NCBI GenBank assembly: GCA_964658305.1
Contig: OZ210885.1
Coordinates: 4,402,001-4,466,000 of the forward strand
DNA length: 64,000 nucleotides
Reading direction: 5' to 3'
Origin: Leptogorgia sarmentosa
Taxonomy: Eukaryota
Below are positions 49,924 through 62,640 of the stretch, in pieces. Numbering within the stretch: the stretch's first letter is position 1; each line of letters starts with the position of its first letter. A model generated the notes under the pieces. That model ran no database searches, had not been told where the DNA came from, and worked only from the letters and a program-made list of their open reading frames with translations. The position numbers were made by a program, and so were the translations under genes.

Positions 49924-50859
49924 GCAGCTTTGAACTTACATTGTTATATCGAGGCGAATGTTCTGAAATATAATTACAGATTATGCAAGGGCCGCTTGCG
50001 GCCTGAAGTATAATATGAATTATATGAAGATAGAGGAGACAAGATATAACAATGTTCCACACCCCACCCTCCCAGAGTTATGAATTTGGGCTCATGAACT
50101 ATTGTTGTTTAGGGTAAGCTATCTATTGTTCTGTTTGCTTTTCAGGTGCTTCAATAAAATGGCGAAGGAGCTAGGGCGCAAGGGAGTTTGGCAGGATGTG
50201 ACGTTGCCAGCATGTTTTAGTTAAAGTTTAAAATCTTTGTATCTCTGTTTTGAGTGAAATAAAGTGGTTTACATTGTTATATCTCGTCTCCTTTATCTTC
50301 ATATAATTCATATTATACTTCAGGCCGCAAGCGGCCCTTGCATAATCTGTAATTTGTTACTGGAAATAACAGCAGATAGTTCAGTCACCTTGTTTGTGAT
50401 GTGACAAACATTTGACACAAGGATGGAAGGCAGAGGGCATTTCTTTTCTTGGTGCATGTTAATTTCAATACAATTAAACTTTATGTTACGGCATTTCGAC
50501 TTAACAAGATCTCTAACAAAATTATTCCAATTTCGTTGAACCACAGAGATATTATAAGATGTTGGAGTGATCTCTAGCGTTAGCGAGTGATCGCTTCTTG
50601 CTTGTACAGCATCCGTGTTTAGTACATTGCTTTGAGGCATCATCATTACTTTGTTTGTGCAAGTACTCCATGCATTGAATTTTACCATGTTGCAATACCC
50701 TTACTTATGCATCTTCTTGATACTTTTAACTGCAGTCGAGGATGCAAAACCTTTCTCTAAACCAATGTTTTTAGCACATGCTTCAATGCTCTCTGCTGTG
50801 ACTGGGATGACTTGAATGGTCTGCATCTCACTTGAACTGGTCTAAATAACTTATGAAAC

Positions 50860-51110
50860 TTGTTCCATAGATTTAGGCTGTCAAATCAAATTGCATTTTC
50901 CGCCTCACATTTTTTCGCGCAAGCCATTTATACTATGACTTTTTATAACACTTTTCGTAGTCGTAAAATGGTCGTTTTCTGCAAACTTTTAGTGTAGGAT
51001 GTATCCGAAGGGCTCAAACTACTTAGATATACCAATGGTTTGCAATGGAGTGCGTGCGCTTCGGCTTAGAAGACATTTTTCGCGAGTAAACTTTTTTTTG
51101 ATACACCCTG
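50860..51110. repeat. Right-end fragment of a Tc1/mariner MITE
   Basis: TTTTTTTTGATACACCCTG|TA, the same terminus as at 29815. Left boundary is approximate. Confidence 0.5.
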
Positions 51111-51689
51111 TATAATAATTATTGTGGTGTTATTATTTCACCACTGTTATATTTTAGAAAAATCGTAGATTCTGATTGCCTGAAACACATCTCTAAAATG
51201 TTCAGGTGAAAGAAACATCATAACACAGACTGAAGAGTTGTATCATACTACATGCATGCATGCATATAGCTATGGTGGCGACAACATCTGGAGAAATGTG
51301 AAATGGTCCTAAAATTTTCCTACAAACACTAATTTTTCCATTCTTTTGAATGAATAAGGGACGAACATTCAATTTGGTTCTGGCAATTAAAATTAATAAT
51401 TCATTATTATGCTCAAATTCATTCAATTGTTGTTAAATATTGTTGCAAACCAAGAAGTATACCATTCCATCCTCAATTCTTTTCATCTATTCAGATAACA
51501 ATTGTGCCATTGTATCCATGTTTAGATATATAGCCACAACTGTCTATAAGAAAAAGTTAGAATTAGTGCTTCAAATACCCTGGGGTCTTGTAGACATGTT
51601 TTTTTACTTTCAAAAGCACTGAATGAATACTTTGAATACACAGCCTTCAACCATTGTAATCATCAACAATAAAATAGTCCTTTTTCATG

Positions 51690-52030
51690 CGTTTTGTTTC
51701 AATTTCTTTATTTTGGGTATTTCTTGTAATTTTAAATGGAATGTCCACTGACACTTGCAAATACACCAATTCATGTAAACCAAGTTTACCTTTTGCCTTG
51801 CTATACAATCCAAAGTAGTAACACATACTTTGGTTTCAACTTTACCACTATTCCTACAATAGGAATAATTTTTGGGACCTCCTGACGCAAACACTGTAGT
51901 ATATTAACCTCCCAATTCATGATTAAATTTGCCAAGATGGTGCGTCTTACTAAACACCGTCCGCGAACATCCATCTGTAAACATCTGCTAAAAAATATCT
52001 TTAAAATCTGTAATATCAGAGATAATCTAA
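51690..52030 (-). pseudogene. C-terminal fragment of a Polinton pPolB
   Basis: HLGKFNHELG..FASGGPKNYSY....GKVETKV. Confidence 0.6.
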
Positions 52031-52299
52031 TTGGCGTGGCATGCAAAAAAGTCGGGACTAAATTGGCGCAACTCGCCAAAAAAGGTTAATGAAATCGAAT
52101 GAGTTCTGTATTTTGTATTGTATTTAAAACTTCTTTTCCACTACACTAACAAGACTACTGACTATATTACACTATTTTTTTACAAGAAGAAACTATTACT
52201 ATTTACCAATTTCACTATTTACAAGAGTGAAATTAGTTTCCCTATTTTAACGAGTTTGTACAGATTTTATCTGTTTGTGTTGTCCCAGGTTTCTTGCAA

Positions 52300-53450
52300 C
52301 TTTTTGTGTTGTGGGGATTTCCAATCTGTCCATTTAACTTTTTTCTTTCTTCGGGACGCCTTCTAAAATTTTTTGGAAAAGTTTATCTTTCTCTTCTTCC
52401 GATCTAGCTGCCCAGTTGGTTTGGCTGACCTTGCACGCTGCCATCCATGGAGCAATCTGAAAATTGCCCTGACGTTTCTTCCAATTTAAAAACTGCCAAC
52501 TCATCCGCACAAGATATTATTCAGTTTTCTCCAAAAATGTCACCGATAATTTCTTTTATTTTGCAATTGTAGCACGTAGATGACGCTCAACATTATCCTC
52601 AATATGCCGATGGCATAAAATGTGGTGGGATAGTGGGAAGCATCGTTTCATAGCTTTCGTCATCGCTTTCTCTTTGTCCGAGCCTAACAGCAGGTGACGA
52701 CCAATTTGCAATCATCAAACTGGCTTTGCAAGTGTGAAAAGAACCTATGGTATGTCTGGTACATGCCATTCCAGTGTAGAAAGACTGGTCCAAGCATGAT
52801 GGGGTGCTTCTGTCCCCTTACGGATGAGGTTAGCTTGATGATAAACCAAAATCATCACATAACATGTGCCTAAATTAAATGCCCTGTCAACCCCCAAAAC
52901 ACTTTGGTGTGTTGTGTCCGAAGAACAAAAAGTTCTAATTTCCTGTAATTGTTCTTTCAGGTACAAAATAACCGAGGGAGGTTTACCTTTTGTTTGAATA
53001 ATCTCTTGGACAAAAGGGTATTTGTGAAACATGTTCAATAAACTTAGAACATCATCAGCAATGTTTTTTCTTTTGTGTTCAGTGTTTGTTTGGTGTCTAT
53101 TTTTCTTATTCTCTAAATATTTTACATTCTTTACCTGTTTAAGATCTTGTGGTGCGTTTTCTGGATCTTCCATAAATTTTTCTAGGTGATAGAAGACTAC
53201 CATTGTTATTCTTAAATTTTTCTGTCAACTTCGTTTTGACTGCTTCACTACTTCTTACATAGTCTGTGTTACAGTGTTTGGCATTTCCATGAGGGACAAC
53301 GTTTTGTGGAAAAATTCCAATATACTCGACAACAGCAATACATTTAGTGTTCTCACGATTGTTTGTTGGAAATTTTTCCACCCACGTAACACGCTTCTTA
53401 TACTCGGGTGCTCTTTTCAGAGATGTATAGTATTTATCTATTTTGGCTGA
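52300..53450 (-). pseudogene. MULE-like transposase, degraded
   Basis: YKKRVTWVE..VVEYIG.FP..PHGNAK..YVRS; PQDLKQVKN; LGVDRAFNLGTCYV. Confidence 0.65.
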
Positions 53451-53823
53451 GAATCTAATATAACAATAGAGTTGATGTTCACGGGCATAAATGAGTCTGA
53501 GTCGGGCCAAAAACATATTTATGCTCAAGAACATTAAATGTATTACTATATTACTACTATAATGATTTTAAAGGACAATTATTGTATAAAAAAATGAAAA
53601 ACGATCATGCAACGGTATACGCTTTAGATCAGCGGGCTAAAGTTGATTTTTTAAAGTTTTTTTTATCGTCTTTAGTTGACGAGGAATCTGACCATACTCC
53701 TTCTGGGAACTTACTCTTTCCCCCACTATTCCGTTTCTGAATGTTTTCATTGTTATCCACAACAAAATACACATTTTCTTTCCTACCTTTTGGTAGTTCT
53801 GTACACAAACAATCAAGTATATA

Positions 53824-54409
53824 CAGGGTGTCTCAAAAAAAAGGTAATCCAACTTTGGCATGCCATTGTGCGTTAATTACTGGGTGTACGAACGTGATTT
53901 TTGCATGGTCATAAAGATCAAGGTCTTAGCAGTTGAATGACATATTTGTTGTACGACATGGAAGAAAATCAGGCAAATGCGAGCGTGTTGAAAAATCTCG
54001 GTGAAAAACGCATTCTTTCACCTCTGAGAATTGCAGCTAAACTTATTCAAAATTAACTCCCTCTGGGACTCGAAGATGACGACCTTCCCTTCAACAATCG
54101 ACCTGATTATGCATAATTATTAATAATCCTGATAAAATCTTTGTTACCATGACACATTCGTGATGAATTGCATTTTTCTTTTGTTATGCACTGCTTTAAT
54201 TAGGCACAGAGGTGAAAGAATGCGTTTTTCACCGAGATTTTTCAACACGCTCGCATTTGCCTGATTTTCTTCCATATCGTACAACAAATATGTCATTCAA
54301 CTGCTAAGACCTTGATCTTTATGACCATGCAAAAATCACGTTCGTACACCCAGTAATTAACGCACAATGGCATGCCAAAGTTCGATTACCTTTTTTTTGA
54401 GACACCCTG
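53824..54409. mobile_element. Tc1/mariner-type MITE with near-perfect TIRs of about 200 bp
   Basis: TA|CAGGGTGTCTCAAAAAAAAGGTAATC ... GATTACCTTTTTTTTGAGACACCCTG|TA. Confidence 0.9.
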
Positions 54410-55899
54410 TATATTTAATAAATATATATTTTAAATATATATATATATATATAAAAACATACGGGTCGAACTTCATGTGAATAATCGTTGTCAAGGTCTT
54501 GTTCCTCCATTGAGCTCTCATGAAATTTTCTCTTTGATGCTGAAAATGACATGATTGAGATTGACCAAATACGTTTTTGTTTTTTGCCGGTGGACTATAA
54601 ATAATCAAATATCAATAATCAATATTTCTAATATGTAACAATACGAATATATCTGTCCAAAAACTTGTTTACATACTTCATTCTCTGCACTGTATGAACA
54701 GAGGCTCTTGGAGACACCGCAAATTCTCTTTCAGGCTCAACTGACACTGTTGGAAATAGTTCTTCACTTCCAAACGTTATTAGACTGGCTTCCTAGAACA
54801 CATTTCACAAAGATTCCTAAAGTTGGGTGACTTTCCATATAACTTGTCCCCAAAGAATAATCTCTACAATTTAGTCAGAGCAGCCAATAAGGTTAGGACT
54901 AGGGTCACAATTAGCAATTACACCAGCTGGTAAGAAGCCTAAAATATGTATATAATTTTGCCTCCATGATTATGTTAAGATGAATTGCCTCATTGATAAA
55001 TGAATCACATTTTTCTATGCTCTTTACAACCTGCAATAATTTGTTTTTTGATCAAAAATTCAAAATTTATAGGGCCAGTGGTCTGACTCCTCAGTATAAG
55101 CTGTACTTCGTTACAGCATGTATGAATCTTGACATGTCAACTTGATGTGTATATGAATGTTGACATATGTATTACAAATCTTGATGTTTTGTCCTTTTTA
55201 ACAAACATACTATAAATTATTGCATAGAATTACTGTGATGATTAATTATAAAAAACTGAATAGAAAGCAGATTTCGCGCGCGGGCGGTGTTTAGTAGGAC
55301 CGTTAAATTTGCCATGTTGGTTGCCCCAAACAAGATGGTTTACTGACAAAAATCAGAGTCTGTATCATAGAATATTACTCTCTCTTGCCACATGTCCATC
55401 ACACTGTAATGTTTGATGGCCATGTTGGTTATGGCCATGCTGGGTTGTTGTGCAAATTTACCTAATCGAAAAACTGTTGAGTACCATGCAGAGAAAACAT
55501 GTTGATGAAAACATATGGTACTCACTCTAGAAAGAATTTAACATCAATTTAGCCATTTCAGTCTGCATCAGGTGGTAGCTGCCGAATCTGGTTTCCTGGA
55601 ACGTGCAAGGCTTTAAAAAAGACGTTATGCTTTAGGGTTTGTAGGGTTAAGGCATGGACCAAATCCATTATAAGTGGACATTTTGAACGTTTCAAATCAA
55701 TGATATAACTACATACAGATTATCGCAATAAAATAAAGTCTGTTTTTTAGCCCATAGATTGCCCCAGATGTATGAAGTGACTACAATTGCATATACCTCT
55801 TGCCATTCAATGTTTATGTTTTTTATGTCAAGAGTTTGGTTGGGCAGCCATGTGCTCTCGAACCACTGATTCCGCCAAAACCACTGATTCCCCCAAAAC

Positions 55900-58790
55900 C
55901 AAGGGTACCGGAAGCATCTGTATAGACAGAATTTTCCCAGAAACAGTTAAATAAACTTCTCCCATTCTGGTCCCCAAGGAAGCCTTTTGCCACATGGAGA
56001 CATCATCCCAAAAACCTTAAGGCAATCCGACGTGACGATGTGGTTTGAGAAAGTCACAGAATGTTTCATGAGTCATTGTTATTTTTATGCAGAGGTCTGT
56101 GTTATGTTTGTTGACTGTGACACATCTACAACTTGTCACTTTGGAGGTTTTCTTGTTCACAATATGTGCAAATAAGTGGCAACCAGTTGCAAGTGCTGCA
56201 ACCTGGTTGGGTGAAAGTTTTGTACAGTTTTCTGCATGACCGTGATGGAACCAGTTGTCAGAGACGCTGCAATGGACCATTTGAGCACCAGGAATGTGCT
56301 GTAGACAAACACAATAAATACTTACAACATAATGTGATTGCTTGCAGGACTTTTGTGTGACATCATATGGGAGCATTCGAATTTTCTGAGTAAGATTATC
56401 ATCACACTACTCAAAATTTATTACCATATCATTTACAACATGAGGTAGGTACTACATTGTGAGAAATTATTGTGGATTTTTTGAAATTTCCTTTATTTCT
56501 TGATCTTCTGCGACAGTAACTACTGTATTAAACAGACCTCCCAAAGTTTGGAGCTGTCTCCAAGAACGTATTAGACAGTGAAAGGCACTTAGTTCAAAAT
56601 CTACCTGATATTTGCAATTGATGAGTCCATTTTCCCCAAGGATCAATGAGATAATCTTATTTCTTTCCTTTTCAGTTACTCCTATTTTTTCTGCATGTGC
56701 CGCCGGACATTTTCTTCAAGGTGGCGCTGACAAAGAAGTTGTTGGGCACTTGGAAAGCTTTGATTAATCGCCCTCAGGATGGCTTTTTCCTCATCGGAAC
56801 CAACAACAAGGTCACAAAAACCAACCTCAGTGTTAATGTCGGTGTTCAATTTTGTACGCAAGTGAGAAAAAAAGCGTTGATACGTTGAACAACTTCCATC
56901 CCAATGAAAGAATATGCAGGGCCCCAACATTATTGGCGGAACCTGAGTTGATCGTCGCAATAAATGAGTGTTCTTAAGACACTCGATGTTACAAAACATG
57001 CGCCCAGGTTAAACGTTCAATCAATTCCGAGAATTTATTTATTCCAATGACCAATGCAGAAGTTTTTCACGTCCTGCAATTGATCATCAGTATATAAAAT
57101 AGTCATAGGAGGTTTACCTTTCATTTGCACGACTTCCTGGATATACGGATGGTCATTCATCATGTTGGTCAATGTCTGGACATCATCTGCAGTGTTTTTT
57201 CTGTTAGTGCTAGGTCCTCTCTCCTGCTTAGTGTTCGCATGTTTGACATTCTGGACTTGCTTCAAATCTCGTGGAGCTTCCACTAAATTATCTAAAACCA
57301 TCTCTGTGTACACATTTATAGGCTGTTCATTTTTCACTCTGTCTTTGATTTTATATTTAACAGACTCTGATGTCCGCACGTACTTGCTGGAGCTGCCTTT
57401 TTTGCTGTTTCTGTGCATACTGACAGTCGTCGGAAACTGTCCAAGGTATTCCACCACCACTATTTCTGTACAAGTCATTTTCATTCCTGTTGCAATCCTC
57501 TCAATCCATGTCACTCTTTTTTTGTACTGTGATTCACGTTTCAAGCACAAATAATCGCCTCATAATCATTACTTCTTCCTCGAGTGGTTGAGGTTCAAGT
57601 GGCATCCATTCGCGAAGTTGTTTAGTGCCGTACTTACCGTTTTTGAGTTGCACCATTTTAAACGTTTGGTCAACACAGTAAAACAAAATCTTTTTCGTGG
57701 AAGATGATTTTGACAACCACGCTCTGCAATCATCGTCAAAATTACTTCTTTTGCCTTGCTTCCTCTCCTCCACATTTCTTATTACAAAATAAGTGTTTTG
57801 TTTCACACCGTTCGGAATAGAAGAACTGCTCCCCGAGTTACCTTGCAAAATATCACAAAGTTCTTCCACATCAAGAAACCGTCCTGATAATTCATTCACA
57901 ATACCGCCGTTCTGCTTCAAATCTCTGGGAGTCAGGTCAGACACAGGCACCGAAATGTCCTCTGATTCGCCCTGCCTTTCACCATTAGAGTCTGAGAGCA
58001 GACTGGAGTTATCCAGCACAAACAAATCAGGCGGCATGGTGGCTGTAGTTGATGAAATTTTTTTGCTTTCTATTACTGGAGATAGTGTATCTTCAACAGC
58101 CGACCGATCCAATGACATCATCCACTTCGCATTCGCTACTTGTTGGAGACTGGGTGAAATTCTGGGAAGGAATGTCCACATTGATCGGGAGGATGTGTGA
58201 CTGGAAGGAATTTGATCATTCCCAATTAATGGCACAAAATGATCTGGCAGCCAGGTCCAACCTTGCGGTTCAGGGAAACGGCCAGCCAGTTGGGTCCACA
58301 TCATGTATACTCTATCGCGACATTTATGTTTCAAAGTTTGCATTCTTGGTGATATGATGGTGTTCAGGATACACACACATTGATTAAGCATTCCATTGAC
58401 AGCTGGCTATACTGATACAATCTCTTGGCCAATGGTAGACGAAAGACCCTGAGCAGCAAATATGCTGGAAGATTCATAATCCCTGGCACACATCTGGCAT
58501 GCTCTTACTAAGTCAGGTGATACTAGTCTGAAATCTTGATACAACAGGTGGTTCTTGTAGTATGTAAAGTTCAGAACCAGCTCTATGCAGGTTCAACTCA
58601 GATGCCAATGCTTCGTTGCCCTGAATAACAACTGAGGCAGAGTTGAAGAGACAGTTGCCATCGCCAGTACCCGCGACGCCTCCCTGTACACACTAATCAC
58701 AGACCTCAAATATCGATGGATCTCTTGATTGCAGTGACCAACTGGTTTCTTCGTGCATGTTGACTGGAAGGGATGATTCCACAGCAAAAC
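55900..58790 (-). pseudogene. MULE-like transposase with an N-terminal vertnin-like OTU domain and a downstream PHD-like finger, degraded
   Basis: ADGNCLFNSAS..GNE; ILNTIISPR..MMWT..PDHFVPL; PIMLGP..HWD..YQRFFSHL..GSDEEKA..LLCQRHLEEN; IYCVC..MVHC..WFH. Confidence 0.65.
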
Positions 58791-58809
58791 GTGGAAAATT
58801 ATTTATCCA

Positions 58810-59976
58810 TTATAAATTGGATCATTGACTTTTTGACAAATAGACACCAACGAGTTGTTGTTTGATGGAATAAAAACAGAGTATTTACCAATAAATCGTG
58901 GGGTCTCCCAAGGGACAGTATTGGGGCCAATTTTGTTCTGAATTATGATTAATGACTTAAAACCTGTCTTATCCTCTAACATACTTGTAAAATTTGCTGA
59001 CAGTTCTGAAATGGAGGTTAAGAATGTTATTGAATGGGTGGATACAAATCGTATGGAACTGAATTTCAAGAAGTCATGGGAAATGGTAATGACATGGAAA
59101 AATATCACGTCCACTTCCCAATCCACTACCTATGATATCCCCTAAAAACTGGTTATAAATTCTCGGTGTTATGTTCCAAGCAAACCCTATTATTTGGGAT
59201 ATGCATTTTGATGAACTAATGTCCAAGGCCTGTAGTAGAATACATATTATCCGGACTTGTAAATATTATGGATTTTCCAGGAAAGATTGGATCTACTTTT
59301 TCATAGTCTTATTTTATAATTACTAACCTATGGCATAGACCTTTGGGAATGTGCTTCTTACTCTAAGTACCTTTATCAGATTGACAAATTCTTAAAACAC
59401 TCCTACAAATATGGTTACACATTGGTACAGTTGTCTATTTTGGACATGTTAAATATGAGAGATAGAAAACTATGGGAGAAAATTACCACAGATCCTAGTC
59501 ATGCCTTATCTGCTGTGCTGCCATCAAAACGTCGACTCGAACTACGCAATTGGAGTCATGATTATGAAGTACCGATCGTTCACACGGAAAGATTTAAAAG
59601 GGTGTTTTTAACTAGATGTCTATTTGAGTTTGTTTGATATTTTAATAAAATAATAGTAATTTAATCTAGTTATTTTATAAATTTTGGTCCTTGACCATTA
59701 TATGACATTTTAAAAACAGATCATATACATATATTTAATATAATCAAGTTGTAGCATAGGTAGCCCAACACACGCATGACGTAACATTCAGTAGTATAAT
59801 ATTTATCATGTTTATATACTAATTAATACTACGTCATGCGTGCGTTAGGCTACCTATGGTTGTAGAATGTAATTGAGTTAACTATATTTTCATATAAGTC
59901 CACACATTTGTTGTGGGGTGTTGTGCCATAAATTCGGCTATTAAAGATTAAATAATAATAATAATAATAATAATAA
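58810..59976 (+). mobile_element. 5'-truncated CR1/L2-group LINE with a (TAA)n tail
   Basis: GVSQGTVLGPILF..INDL..KFADS; MELNFKKS; TERFKRVFLTRCLF; (AAT)n at 59952-59975. Confidence 0.8.
59755..59858. mobile_element. 104-bp palindromic MITE, P-like, with 7-bp TSD GTTGTAG
   Basis: GTTGTAG|CATAGGTAGCCCAACACACGCATGACGTA...TACGTCATGCGTGCGTTAGGCTACCTATG|GTTGTAG. Confidence 0.85.
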
Positions 59977-60899
59977 ACCTTAGACGATCAGTTGTTTGTT
60001 TAATTGTCAATATTTGCCTATCTAAAACAGCTCAGCCTGCAAGGCGTTAGGAAAATGTCAGCACTTATTAATACGTAAATAAATGTCCGTCCACAACACT
60101 TGTATTTCTCAAAAAAAAACATATCAGTTTTTGTCAACCTAAAGTGTCGTCAGCACCTGTCAGTCTGGCATGTCTTGCAAAAATGTACAAATTATTATTT
60201 CTTTTAACTAAAAGTCTTACCGGTGGAAAGATATATTCTTCTTTCGCCCCGAGTTCCAACACCAAAATGCGGAGCAGGAATTCGGCATATTTATAATTTT
60301 TTATGAGCTTCGCAAAAAGTAAACAACTGCTTTTTAAAAAGTTTAAAAAGTGTGGGTTTCATGGGGGGTGAAAATACTTTAATTTCTCATTCATTCACCG
60401 CATTTTTGCTTGTCAGTGGTCTATATCGTGAGAATATGAATAATCATGACGTAAAAATGACATAAATTTGGTCAAAATCCGCCATGTTTTTGCGGACACT
60501 TGTTTGTCATTTTTTATATGAAGTTTTATGAGAGCCCGATCTACAGATAAATAAGTATAGCTCAGTGGTTTTATCTGACCATTGAAATTGAATTGATAAT
60601 TTGCGTAGTGGTGATTGGGGTTGGTTAATTTTGCTGGGTGTTGTATTTATTAGTATGTTAATCCATGCTATAATTTGGCTGTGATCAGATAGGAAATTAG
60701 TGAAGTCGGTAACACCACAGGAAGTTTCTCTAATAAATGTAGATGTAGCCGAGAGGGAAGCAGTGAACTCAGTTTACTCTGAAACTAGAAAGAACTGTAC
60801 AATACCTACAATGCGAGAAGGGATGCAAACATCAAACACCATTTGGAAACGAGGACTGTGACTACAACCCCATCAATGACTTAGAACCTAAGTGGTCTT

Positions 60900-61435
60900 A
60901 CAAGTTGAAACTCAACATGAAAGACCAAATACTAGTTCCACGACCTTTATACCCCGAAGTCAAACAACATATCGAAGATCCGTTAAATCTGTGATATGTG
61001 TTCTCAAAAAGAACGGTGAATTGCGTTTGTGTCGATTATCGCGAATTGAACAAACGGACTGTTCCAGATAGACATCCGTTACCAAGAGTACAGGATACAC
61101 TTGATAGCTTGGGCGGGAACAAGTGGTTCTCTTTGGTGGACCAGGGAAAGCCAATATGCATGCAGACAGTAGACCAATGACTGCCTTCGTGACCCGATGG
61201 GGATTATACGAGTGGGTGCGTATACCATTTGGCCTCACCAACGCCCCAGCGTCCTTCCAGTGTTGTATGGAAGGATGTTTAGAAGGTCTGCGTGGAGAAA
61301 TCTGCATACCCTACCTAGATGATATCATTGTGTTTAGTAAGAGCTTCGAAGAACACATAGATCACGTCAGGACTGTACTGCAACGTTTGCATGCCCATGG
61401 TGTCAAACTGAAGGCAAAGAAATGCAACTTCTTTT
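60900..61435 (+). pseudogene. Gypsy reverse transcriptase fragment
   Basis: [55 protein letters not shown]. Confidence 0.9.
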
Positions 61436-61660
61436 GGAAATCTCAGCGGAGAGATACACCTTAACTACATCTGGGTGATCCAATGCGGATCGCATATTGG
61501 ACGACCGCAACGAAACGCAATCAGGCTCCCAACCAACCCGGAACCCGTACCAAATCCCATCCAAGACATAGAGCTTCTTCGCACGAGGAAAAGCCGTCAA
61601 TTCACGAATAAACTCTCCAAAGGGGTTACACTGGCAACAGGCGAATTGACATCCAGAGGA
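61436..61660 (-). pseudogene. Pre-RT fragment of a Ngaro-like YR retrotransposon
   Basis: YVLDGIWYGFRVGW....[20 protein letters not shown]. Confidence 0.55.
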
Positions 61661-61919
61661 CAATGGGCTAAACAAACAAAAACACTAAAGAAACAAAAAA
61701 AACTGCAGGGACCCTGCCCCTGCAAATGCATGCAGCAATGAACACACGAACCATGTGAACACACAACTGAGAGATACGCATGCAATAACAAAATAGCACC
61801 CAGCAGGTACAAGGTAAAAAAAACAAAAAACACGCAAGTCCCAGACATGCACAATGCCCGCAACAGACAATGTCCCCCACCCAGCAACCCAATCACATGC
61901 AAGATAGATAGATAGATTA

Positions 61920-62250
61920 CCTAATTATTCTAAAAACGTAAAATATAAAAGATTACTAAGAAGAGTATAGACTATAGAATATATACATAGTAACATGCGA
62001 GTAAAATATGTTAACAACGTATTGAATTGTTATAAACTAGGCAACCGTTATAATAGAAAGACTTCTTGACTGCTTCGAGCCTCACAGAAGGCAAGTATAA
62101 AAGATCACTTCGAGTTGTTCTAGACATAACATCGCGATTATAGTAAAAATAGTTTGTTAACAACTGTGGCACTTTCTTAGCCAAGCATCGGTTTACTAAA
62201 CATAAAACATGCATGTTTCTACTGTCTTCCAGGTAATTCAGTTTTAGTTG
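61920..62250 (-). mobile_element. 3' end fragment of a CR1/L2-group LINE
   Basis: RCLAKKVPQ..YF....TTRS..LYLPSVRLE..KKSFYYNG..YN. Confidence 0.65.
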
Positions 62251-62640
62251 ATGAATGTATACGCGATTGTACACTGGTCGAACCCCCCCGGCACTGAAAC
62301 CACACCAGAAGAAGGCCCTGAAGCAGCCAACATGGATGAATATTGATGAATTTTGCCCGATTTTTCTCGTCTGATTTTATGATTACCACGTCGCCAATCT
62401 ACAACCCCATTGATTTCGTCCCTTTGGATTGGTTATGTCTTTCACGTAGCGCACACAAATACTCATTGGCCCATCTCGCCATACTTCATCCTTGCATCTT
62501 GACTAAAATCTTGCTCTTCTGCATAGATCAGTTTCTTCAAGATGGTGAGGCTCAAGTTCTGGTAATGCGTTCGAACCGACAAACATAATTGAATTTGGAG
62601 TTAGAGTTGGCATTTGAATATCTTCATCGACATAGCTGAG

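Larger units (their letters stand above)
41454..50352 (+). mobile_element. DIRS1-like tyrosine-recombinase retrotransposon
   Basis: Left ITR 41454-41593, right ITR 50153-50352, ICR 49936-50055. Gene order gag, RT/RNase H/methyltransferase, YR. TTT target and no TSD. Confidence 0.9.
41146..50450 (-). pseudogene. Internally deleted LINE remnant (APE N-terminus joined to the 3' end), interrupted by DIRS
   Basis: LPSILVSNVCHITNKVTELSAVISSNK|STINLIVESWL reads in frame across the DIRS. C-terminus reads YELRR..HSTSFIPR. Confidence 0.65.

Noticed and set aside
10800..52030. One Polinton spanning both pPolB pieces
   Set aside because: The pieces are on opposite strands 39 kb apart. No capsid, integrase, ATPase or protease genes and no TIRs were recognised.
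53637..54608. ORFs ending YTGCLKKKVI.LWHAIVR on both strands
   Set aside because: Artefact of the MITE inverted repeats.
61597..61902. Cys/Phe-rich hydrophobic ORFs
   Set aside because: Low-complexity CA-rich repeat sequence that is open in several frames.
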